Shown: positions 38,241 through 48,800 of the stretch, piece by piece
Position numbering within the stretch: position 1 is the stretch's first letter
Layout: every line of letters begins with the position of its first letter
Source of the DNA: Antechinus flavipes
Taxonomy: Eukaryota
Reading direction: 5' to 3'
Length of the DNA: 64,000 nt
Assembly: GCF_016432865.1 (NCBI RefSeq)
Contig: NC_067401.1
Coordinates: forward strand, 41,230,001 to 41,294,000
Translations under genes and position numbers: made by a program
Notes under the pieces: model-generated
Seen by the model: only the letters and a program-made list of their open reading frames with translations
Told to the model about the DNA's origin: nothing
The model's database searches: none

Positions 38241-38439
38241 ACATGAATTCTAACCCAGTTCCTTGATTCCAACCAGAGTTTTTTCTATCTTACTGCACTC
38301 TCTTATTATTTTATTTTTGTTTTCTCTGTCAAAGAAAATGATCTTGGGACTAGAAAGGAGAAAACAAAAATGATAGATAGATAGTTGGAACCCAAGGCAA
38401 GTAAGAAAATAATGAGAACAACTAGGTGCCTTTAATGAG

Positions 38440-38630
38440 CTCCAGTCACCAGTCTCAGAGGAATTACATCCCATGGTACTGAAGGATTTGGCAGATGTCA
38501 TACCTGAGCTACCAACTGATCTTTGAAAGATCATGAGAAAACAGGAAAAGAGCTTCAGGATTAGAAAAATACAAATATCTTCATTTTCAAAAATGAGGAA
38601 AAATGATATTAGAGTGTCCAAACTGCAGTG
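38440..38630 (+). mobile_element. CR1/L3 LINE ORF2 remnant (piece 1)
   Basis: Translates HPMVLKDLADVIPELP / LIFERS / NIFIFK, matching the CR1 pre-RT motif HPRVLKELAxVIAxPLxxIFExSW...PIFKK; frameshifted. Confidence 0.7.
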
Positions 38631-39087
38631 ATACTAGCTTTGTATAAGAGAGTATGTGAATGTGTGACTGAGTGTGGGGGTCTCTTGAATGAATCAACCA
38701 CCAACATCCTCCCCCAACTGGAATAATTAATAAAGTCTAAACTTTGATAGTTGTTTGAAAACATATCTCAGTTGAATCAAAGGTATTAACTAGGTATAGT
38801 TCCAAATATGGTTTAAAATGAACAAGACTGGATCAATTGATCAAAGATGTTAGGCTTAAAATCCTTTATCCACTGAGAAGCTTTTGAAAGCCATTGGATA
38901 AAATGGATCGAAAATGCCCAGGAAGTCTATTTGAATTGGTTGAGGAGACTTAGTCATATTCTGTGAGCCTTACGTAAACCCAACTAGCTAATTTGGGATT
39001 GAGTGTCTTTTTTGATAATAGACAAGTGAAAGCATCCCAGCCAAACACTTGGAAAAAATCAAATTAAGTGTACTTTATAATTTATTC

Positions 39088-39906
39088 AGTATCACCACTG
39101 ACATTTTTATAATTGCCTGTGACATGTTTTATTGTTTCTCTGAGTTTAGAAGTTCAGCTTTCCTGTAAATTATCCATTGTCTCTAAGTTAAGTTTAAAAG
39201 TTCAGTTTTTCTCTGAAATCAATGGTCTATTCTTATGTCAAGGAAATTTGTTATCTCTATCCCACACAGTTGTCCTTCAAGGAAGTCGGCTCTGTTATCT
39301 CTGTCCTTCAAGGAAGTCTGTTTTGTTATCCATGTACTACTGATTAACCTTGCAGGTGGAAACAATCAATCAGTAATGAGATGGTAGTTGATAGCTCTGA
39401 ATATACCCAATCTCCAATCAATCATATTCTTTTCCCCAAGGGGCAGCTGAATGGCACAGTGGATAGAGTGCCAGGCCTGGAGTCAGAAAGACTCAATTTT
39501 CTGATTTTTAAATCTAACCTCAGGCATTTACTAGCTGTGTGATCTTAGGCAAATCATTTACCCTGTTTAACTCAGTTTCCTGCAAATGAGCTGGAGAAAG
39601 TAATGGCAAACCATTTCATTTTTTCTTTACCTAGAAAATCACAGATGGGGTCATGATTAGTTGGATGCAACTGAAAATGACTGAACAAAAAATGATAACC
39701 AATCATACTCTTTTCCCCATCTATGATGCTACCCTTTTACTATGATGCTTTTCCTTTTGTCTATAAAAATAATTTGTAAGGCCCACTGGATTTTAGGGAT
39801 TGATGAGAGATCAACACCCTATTAAGTGGCAAATTTGTGCTGGCTAATAAATTGATCACATTCAGAATTTTGTGCCTCAGTTTACCTTAACTTCAATTGT
39901 GATACA
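39088..39906 (+). mobile_element. Probable solo LTR interrupted by a SINE
   Basis: Inverted termini (a)GTATCAC...GTGATACA, tandem 17-mer tgtccttcaaggaagtc (39271, 39302), TATAAAA 39762-39768, AATAAA 39846-39851; no clear TSD. Confidence 0.5.
39440..39688 (+). mobile_element. MAR1-type CORE SINE with 19-bp TSD
   Basis: gggcagctgaatggcacagtggatagagtgcc...ctcagtttcc...atggcaaacc...ggggtcatga...gactgaacaa; flanked by aatcatattcttttcccca (39420-39438) and aatcatactcttttcccca (39701-39719). Confidence 0.8.
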
Positions 39907-41177
39907 CTTGAAGGGGAGGAGACAAACAAGGCTTGATTTCATCTCACCTCTATTTTGACCAGTTGAGAACTTTGTGAACTTTGGATGATTAAAGAATTCA
40001 GGTTTCTAATTCATCTTCTTTGCAATATTTCTAGAACAGCAACAACTGACACGCTGAGGAAAGGCAATTTCAAGGATACTACAAAGAAACTATCAGAAAG
40101 TGTACACCCCATCTAAAGGGAAAATATTTTAACTCCAGGAAAAAAAAAAAAAAAAGACTTCTAGGAACTATAAGTTGCCCCTTAGCAACATCTCTTCTCT
40201 AAGCTTGAGTCCATTCTCTCCTGGAATCTCTCTATATGCTAGAGGAATGGTCTGTCACAGATTTTCTAGGGATGTTTTATGCCAAATATTCTTACCATAT
40301 CACTTTAGTAAAAATGCCACATCCTGTGAGCTAAGTCAAATCTGGTTAACTGATATCAACTAATAATTGTTAGATGAATCACAACAGTAGGGGATTGGAA
40401 GCTTTCAAGACCACCCCTTAGAATTATGAGCACACATGTAGTAGCCATCCTCTGAAGAGCTGATTTGCCATTTTAAGGAGTTAAAATAGTAGAGAGAGTT
40501 GACACAGAGCGTGTGCTACACTAGCAAAATTCTAGAACATGATGTTAAAGGTAATTAATATTAAAGCTGTTAGCAAATCTCCAGAAAAGGAAAGGGAAAA
40601 ACAGGTCTCTGCTTGGTTTCATCTCCACAATCATCATGTTCCATTCCCACCCCCCAGGATAAGCTCATCTCCTGATATTTCATCATCAGGGAGGCTGATT
40701 CAACTTTAATGCTACATACACCTCCTCAGCACCCTCAGTTGCCTTTTTCTTGTGATGGTGGGGCTAAGCAATAAACTCTCCCCAAGCCTCCCTTTATAGA
40801 GAGCTCAGAATTTTCCTTTAGGTATTTATGAGAGGTCAACACTTAGCACAATGTTTGGCACATAGTAGGCCTTTAATAAATGCTTATTGATTTTTTTACT
40901 ATCAAGAATATATTTCTGATCATGGTCAATGAACTGATTTGTCATACTTGACAAAGATAAACTTTTTAAAAAAATTTGGAAGGAAGAGGTTAGTGATAGA
41001 GGCAAAAAAATAAGAAAACAAAGAAAATAGGGTAATTGAAACATTTATGAGAATGCACAGAAGAGAACAGAAGGAAATTCATAAAGAGATAAACTTTGAA
41101 ACTCACATATTGAATTAATCATGTTCTTTTCAAAATAAATGTCCAAAATAAAGATGTGGTTTTAGAAAAAAATCTCA

Positions 41178-41325
41178 TTTTTCTTTTTGCTGAGGCAATT
41201 GGAGTTAAGTGACTTGCCCAGCATCACACAGATAGGAAGTGTTAAGTGTCTGAGGCTTAGATTTGAACTTAGGTCCTCCTGACTTTAGGGCTGGTGCTCT
41301 ATCCACTGGGTCATGTAGCTGCTCC
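41178..41325 (-). mobile_element. WSINE1-type SINE
   Basis: Near-identical to the 24002-24162 copy (gaggcaattggagttaagtgacttgccca...ggtgctctatccactg). Confidence 0.8.
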
Positions 41326-41439
41326 TCTTTTTTTTTTCCTTTGCATATGTGGAAGTGGGCATTTGTATTTGTGATGTTAAAAATTTTAAAACAATTTAAA
41401 AAAACATTTAAGTACCAAAAACAACCCCCCCCCCCAATA

Positions 41440-41830
41440 TACAATTCAGGTCATGCCAGATTAGACTCATTTTCTTTGTTGACAAAGTTATTGAACTGGT
41501 AGACTAGGATAATGTTGTGGAATGCTTTATCTAGACTTTAACATAGTTTTTGACAATATTTCCCATGCTAACTTGTGGATAAGATGGTGATGTATAGGCT
41601 AGAAGAAAATATGGCTAGGTAGTATCAAAACTGGTTGAATGACTAGACCTAGAGTAGTTATTAATGGTTCAAAGTTAACCTGTAGGAAGGTTTCCAGTGA
41701 AGTGCACCCCCATCTGTCCTTGACTTTGTACTGTATAATTTTTTTTTAATCAGTGATTTGGATAAAACTAAGAATTCATAGCCATAACATACTTATTAAA
41801 ATCTCAAATATCACAAAGCTTGGAGAAAAA
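41440..41830 (+). mobile_element. CR1/L3 LINE reverse transcriptase remnant (piece 2)
   Basis: Translates YLDF..VFD.ISH / QNWLND / RVVINGS / RKVSSEV, matching CR1 RT motifs; many stops. Confidence 0.75.
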
Positions 41831-42911
41831 GTAGGATGACTCCTTTAGGGTCTAGTAGTTTTCTCCTACATTAGAGGTTTTTGAGGAACATTTGTCCAGA
41901 ATATCATGGAAGAGTCTCTAAGTTAGCTATGAGTTGGACTAGATGATGCCTGATATATTTTCTAACTCAGATTTTATAAAAACTCTTTCACGTGAATTCT
42001 TTACTTTGGGGTTCCACTGGAATAGAGGGAGAATTTGAACTTAAATTGCCTGTCATCAGTCATGCTCTTTTTGTTGTTTCACAGATCATCCCATTGGTTT
42101 CCTTTACCAAGATTGGGTACATTGACATGAAATATGTTTCCTCTGCCAAGTTTAACTTTCCCTAGCCTCATTTTCCTTATCTGTAAGATGAGGGAGTAAA
42201 ACTAGCTGGTTTCTGAGATCCTTTCCAGCTTCAGATCTCTGGTTCCAGACTTTGGAGAGATCTCCAAACACAGTCGCCAAACTTAGCAAGAGCAAATATA
42301 GAGAAAGAACAGTCCACAAGTAAGAGGGGGAGGGGGAAGTCAAAGATTAAAAATGAGCTTTCAAAGAAAAAGAATATCAGCATGATGGATAGCAAGCCAG
42401 TATTTTTCTCAGGTTGACATCAAGGACACTTTCTTCTTTCTGTCTTTTCATTTCTGTCCTTTCTTTCTTTGGTTCTAGATTTCTCCTCTTCTTGCTCCAC
42501 TATCACCACAACCACAGCAATTAGCATCTACTTAGTGTTTTAATGTTTGAGAAGCGCTTTGATGAATTATTTAATTGGCTCCGAACAACAGCCTTATTAT
42601 TATTATTCCCATTTTACTGAAGAGAAATCAGAGTCTGAGAGAAATTAAATAATTTGCCCAAGTCTATACAGCTAGGTGATTGAGACAGAATTTGAATTCA
42701 TCTTCCTGAGTCCAATTCCAGTGCTCTAGCTACTAGTTCTGTTCTTTTCTCTTAGGTTTGTGAGTTTTGCTATTTGCCACCTATACACTTGTTCTGTATA
42801 TCCTCAAACTCTCTGCCACGGGACACAGGTTTCTCCTCAATTTTCTACTCTCCTCAAATGCTCTCAACGCTCAGTCTTGCGTCAGTTTGCTGCGCTCACA
42901 GTCCTGAGTAT

Positions 42912-43426
42912 TATAATCGAGCATCTACTCTGCATGGGCACACCGGGTGCTATAATCGGGCATACACTCTGCATGGGCACACCGGGTGTTATAATCGGGC
43001 ATACACTCTGCATGGGCACACAGGGTGTTATAATGGGGCATACACTCAGCATGGGCACACCGGGTGCTATAATCGGGCATACACTCTGCATGGGCATACC
43101 GGGTGTTATGATCGAGCACACAATCTGAATGGGCACACCGGGCGTTATAATCGGGCATACACTCTGCGTGGGCACACCGGGTGCTATAATCGGGCATACA
43201 CTCTGCGTGGGCACTGGGCGCTATGATAGAGCACACAATCTGAATGGGCACACCAGGCATTATAATCGGGCATACACTCTGCATGGGCACACCGGGTGTT
43301 ATAATGGGGCATACACTCAGCATGGGCACACCGGGCGTTATAATCGGGCATACACTCTGCATGGGCACACCGGGCGTTATAATCGGGCATCCAATCTGCA
43401 TGGGCACACCGGGCGTTATAACCGAG
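42912..43426. repeat. 39-bp minisatellite, 13 full copies plus a partial, upstream of ANKRD35
   Basis: Consensus tataatcgggcatacactctgcatgggcacaccgggtgt; units start at 42912, 42951, 42990, 43029, 43068, 43107, 43146, 43185 (37 nt), 43222, 43261, 43300, 43339, 43378. Confidence 0.97.
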
Positions 43427-43469
43427 TTTTCTCGGACCTAGCCAGTCTCATCCGAGACGAAACCAGACA

Positions 43470-43900
43470 ACTTGTGGGTCAGGTCGACAGCCTGAGCCCC
43501 GCCGGCCTCCCGGGTCAGCCAGGGAGATGGGCGGGGCCCCGCGCCAGGTGCCGCGGGATGCCGTCCTACCATAGGTTGGGACTTATGGGGGCGGGGCTCC
43601 GCCTCCTGCCTCTGACAATTTGGGCTGCGGCCGCAGCCGCTGAGTCTGTGGGTTCGGTCCGCCCGGCCCGGCTCCCTGCGCGTCTCCCCCGCCCCGCTCC
43701 CCCGGCGGCTCCGGCCCCAGCCCCGGCCATGAAGCGGATCTTCTCCTGCTCCAGTTCGCAGGTGGCGGTAGGTATCCCGTGGATGCTGCCGGGTAGAGAA
43801 GGGGGTTTGGGGATAGGGGTGAGGACATCCCCAAGACAGGGGTCAAGGGTCGGAAATGCCTAGTGCTCTGCGCAGCGCGGTAACTGCAGGCATCGCTGGG
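43470..43900 (+). promoter_or_regulatory. CpG island/promoter of ANKRD35
   Basis: Very GC/CpG-rich with GC boxes (ggggcgggg ~43587-43595, ccccgcccc ~43687-43695) around exon 1. Confidence 0.7.
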
Positions 43901-45826
43901 GAGCGAGTGACTCTTTGGTCCTTTCTCTTCCTCTTTTTCTCCTCCAGGATCCCTGTCCCCCGGGTGCCCTCTCCCTCCATCGCCTTCTCGATGTCTGTTT
44001 CTCCCCAGTCTCTCACTCTTTCGCCCAGTATCTTGCACCTCTTTACACTAGTTCTCTGCAGGTTCACCTTGCTGTTTGGCCAGCCCAACTGGCAGTGCCA
44101 GAGGAGGAGCAGTCTACCTGGCTGCTGCCCAGGTAAAGGATGAGTTGCTTGCGGCATATTCCTCCAAACATCTCCCTGCAGCCTTTGGCTCTGAGGCTGG
44201 TCCCCAGACCTCTGCAGGCCTTCTATATGTTCCCTCCTTGACTCCCTCCCCTTTCCCAAACCCTTATGTATCTTCTTGGATCTATTATCCCCTGTAACAT
44301 TGATTTGAATTTAAGTTGAAATGACTAAGGGAGTTTGAGGTCAGGATATTTCCACTCTGATAAATCCTTCCTTCTTTTCTTGTGCAGAATTTGAAATAGA
44401 AGGCCCCAGAAAAGGTTGACAAAGAAGATATAGCATTTCCTCCTGGGAAGATCTCCAACAGGAGAGATCTCCATTTGGGAATGAAATTGTGCAGTTATTG
44501 GAACTACTGTTCAAAATTTGTTCTACTCTAGTCACAGGAGTCCTGTTACTGATCCAAATAATTCAGAAGTGAATTTGTCACTTGTAAAGTGATTAATTGC
44601 CTAAGCTGACCTGGAGGTATTTATCCATCAGCAAGTCTGAGAAATGCCCAGATAATTAGGACCATAGATTCATAGCTGGAAGGGACCTGGCATTTCTATT
44701 AGTTGTCCCCCATCCCTAGAATGTTCTTGATTTTCATCTCCAAGTCCTAGCTTCCATGATTTCACGTCTCAAAACCTTTCTCAATGAATGACCCTCGATC
44801 CTCATGCCTTCCCTCTGCTCATCATCTCTAATTTATTTTGTATATAGCTTATTTGTTCCTAGATATTAATATATTGTTTCCTCCCATTTGACTGTTAGCT
44901 CTTCAAGAGCAGGGACTATTTTTTTTTTTTTTTAATCTCCAGTGCTTAGTACAATGCCAGAACATAGTAGGTACTTTGTTGTTTTTGTTCAGTCACATCT
45001 CACTCTTCATGAACTAATTTTGGGTTTTCCTGGCTAAGATACTGGAATGATTTGTCCTTTTCTTCTCCAGCCTGACACATAGTAGGTGTTTAATCAATAT
45101 CTGTTCAATGTAATTGAATCAAATGAAAATACTAAGAAGTCTACTGAGGTATGTTCTTAATCCTCTCACAGTGACTTCTCTATGCAACTTCCTATTTCAG
45201 TCAAAAGGTAAAGCTTTAGTTTTACTGGAATCTCTGTGATAAAGACTGCCAGTGTAGAGAACGGGTGGATGTGATACCTGCCTTCAAGGAGATTAGATTC
45301 TAGTTTCCTTAATTGTTGATAACACTGCCTATTCTCTGGTCACTAAGTCTTCCTTTCCATGAAGAACGGTGGTCTCACATCCACTTTAGATATGGGAAAC
45401 CTCTAGTCCAGGGCACGGAGGATAACTGTTTCCTCCACTCCATTCCAGTCCCAGAAATTTTCTCAGGGTCCTTGGTCAAGCCTGGGAACCAGAAAGGTGG
45501 AAACCAGATCAGTTTCAGCTCCAGGTTGGTTTCCTCATGAAACTCCCCCACACCTTTCTCATCATAAATTCCTCCACCCAATGGGTGGCCAACCGCTCTG
45601 GACCCAATTGTCAGGAAAATAGAGTAACAACTTCCCTGGCCCCTCCCAGAGCTTGATTTCCTAGTCATGCCAAAGATTTTAGGAGCTACCCTTTCCCACT
45701 CCTACTCCTTGAATCCAGGTCTAGCTCACTTCTTTACCTGGAGGAAAAGGCTACTGCATAAGCAGAAACCATCATGAAGATAATCTAAGAAACTCTAAAC
45801 TTTTTTTTTTGAAAGGGAGGGAGGAT

Positions 45827-45876
<50 letters not shown>

Positions 45877-48800
45877 AAAAGAAAAAGAAAGAAAGAAAGA
45901 AAGGAAAAAACGTGACTTGGTTTCAGTCAACCAGGTGTGGTGCCTTTTGGCATATCTCACTCTGACCTATAAATAATTTACTGAACTTACTATATAAAAA
46001 GAGCCAGGAATTCAGTTTAGAACCCCTTTGACCTCAGATTAGATTAAAATTTACATTAGTTCTCAATCGTTTTAAGGTTAAAAGGAAAGGACTCTTGAAA
46101 TCTAATGCTAGCTCATCCATTCCTTCCCATCTTAACCTGTCAGGGACAGTGAGACCTACTTTCTACCTGCCAGGACACTTCATTAGGATGTCATGGATAG
46201 GCAGATAAGGAGAGGGTGCAGACAATTCTAGTGAATCTGGAATGGGAAGACCCAAACTTTAACTCCCTTATTGTGGCAGGCGTGTGCTCTCTTGGGGCTT
46301 TGGTGACAGTTTTTGGTGCTTCCTACAGGCTTTTACAAGTCTCCTTAAGAGCAATGGAAAGAAACTTGGTGGGCAGAAGTTGGATGAAATTCATTCCCAA
46401 CATTGGCTTGAATGAGAAAAGTTTTGTAAAAAGAAATTATCAAGGATGACATAAATGGAAATAGATTGATCAATCAGTGACCAGTGAGAGTGAATGCTAA
46501 TAGTTGGATGACCCAAATGCTATACTGGTACCCACAAAGTATTAAGAGAACCAGAGGGAAGTGTTTTGACCAAATCAGTTAGAGATCTCTTTAACGTATA
46601 GGAAAGCTTGGGCATGGATTTCACAAAAAGTAGATATTTTATGATCCTCCTGGGTGGAAGAAATGTCTACTCTAATGGGGCCAATCCAGGTACTGAATTA
46701 CTGAATTGCTGACAAAAGGCAATGGGTCCCAGGTTATTTTTACCTTCTGAATCCAATTCTCCCTGTGCAACAAGAAAACTGTTCAGTTCTGCGCACATAT
46801 ATTGTATCTAGAATATACTGTGCCATATTTAACATGTATAGGGCTGCTTGCCATCTTGGGGAGGGGGTGGAGGGAGGGAGGGGAAAAGTCGGAACAGAAG
46901 TGAATGCAAGGGATAATATTGTAAAAAAAAATTACTCTGGCATGGGTTCTGTCGATAAAAAAGTTATTAAAAAATTTTTTTAAAAAGGGCAATGGAGCAG
47001 GATCTTGGACTCCTGTTGCTTTCCTAAGTACTTTCCACTACTTTCCTGGTCTAGAGATATGTCATGATTCAAATTCTCAGATTTAGAGTTAGAATGGACC
47101 TCAGAAAATATTTCATCTAATCTTTCCCCATTTTCCAGACAAGGAAACTGAAGCCCAGAGAAGTAAAATGACTGAGCCATGGTCACAAGATAGTATATGA
47201 CAAAGCTGAAATTTGAACCCAGGTTTACAGAACGCGAGTTACAATATACCTGCTGCTGCACTATGCTGCCCTGGCAGTTTGACACGATGAATTAATAAAT
47301 GTTCAAGGATGCCTGAAAATAGAAATATTAAAAAGTACTGATTTGTTAGGGTTCAGTCATGTCTAACTCTTCATAACCCCATTTGAATTTTCTTTGGCAA
47401 AAATACTGGTGTGGTTTGCCATTTCTTTCTCATTTTATAGACGAGGAAATTGAGGCAAAGAGTTGAGTTAAGTTAAGGTCACACAGCTAGTAAGTGCCTA
47501 AGGCAAGATTTAAAATTAGGAAAATAAGTTTACCTGACTCCAATTTATTAATTTCCACAACTTCCTGAATTAGGAAACTGATAAAAATTTCAGGGAGCCC
47601 AAGGTTCATGTAAAGAGAGAAGAAAAAGCCAAGAAAGTAGCAGCACTTGAAATCAGGTTCAGTTTTTTCCCTTTGACTCGAAGGAAAGGATCTTTGGGAA
47701 AATGTTCTCTGTGTGAAAACAGATAAAGGCATTATGAACATAGGAAAAAAAAAAAACCCAAGCTTTTCCTAGTAACAATCTTATTTTAGATGCCTGATAA
47801 GGTAATACCCACCCTTGGCAAAATAGCGAAGGAAAAAAGAATTTTAACACATAGTGAATTTGAGTACAGGGAAATTAAAGGAAACAAATGAGAACTGAAA
47901 CTAGGAAGTGAATAAAGGGTTAGTTTGGTTGGATAACTGCTAAGAAGGAGTTTATTCATCGTTACCATGGACACAGCCAGGCTGAATTATTTTTTTAAAC
48001 GAACATTTCTAACTCCTTTCCAGTGAATGGCCTGACCCAATCTTTCTGGCCAGAATTATAGAATCCTCAACAAATGCCAATCAAAATCATGATAGATTAC
48101 ATTAATATTATATATTTTAAGTTTATAATGCACTGCACGTGCATTAATTCATGTATATCCAATAGAGGCTGGGAAGCAACTTCCCTTGGAAAATTTCAAG
48201 TTGTGATCAGCTGTAGGGAGTACTTCATGGTAGGGACTTTCCCTAGTTCCTTTCCTATGGATGTCCTAGCCCTTGAGGATAGTTAATAATGTATTCCTGC
48301 CATCATTGCCTAAGAGAATCAAGGCTTAGCTTTTGTTTGAGTTATTTTGCCTCTGAGAGCCAATCTGTTTAATGAACAGCCTGTAGGTCTAGAAAATATG
48401 TTAAAGGGACTATATAGTGCAATGGTGTCAAATTCAAAGAGAAACCTGGCAGCTAAACCAATCAATAAGCATCCCTGAGAGTCTCCACTGACATTGTTTT
48501 AAAATGTATTGTTATGTATGATTAATTGCATTTTTATTTATTTTGTTAAATATTTCCCAGTTACATTTTAATCTGACTCTGACATCTCTGTTTTAGTATT
48601 AAAGATGAGGACATCGAAGCCCAAAGAAGTAAGGTCATTTAGAAAAGTGTAAGTCTGGGATTTGATCCCAAAGGCCCTCTGAAAAAAAGTCAGCACATTT
48701 TCCACTGGACCATGATATCTCTAAAAATCTGCACCATGATACCTCGAAGATTTCCTTTTTCTTAAGGGTCTTCCTAGAAAGGAAATTATCCAAGTAGGTC

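Noticed and set aside
43222-43416. Repeat peptide TLHGHTG resembling a WD40 start or a C2H2 HTG linker
   Set aside because: The 13-aa period fits neither the ~40-aa WD40 nor the 28-aa C2H2 repeat; no WD dipeptide or CxxC.
42912-43426. CRISPR-like regular repeat
   Set aside because: Units are contiguous with no unique spacers, no cas genes, and the context is a mammalian genome; it is a minisatellite.
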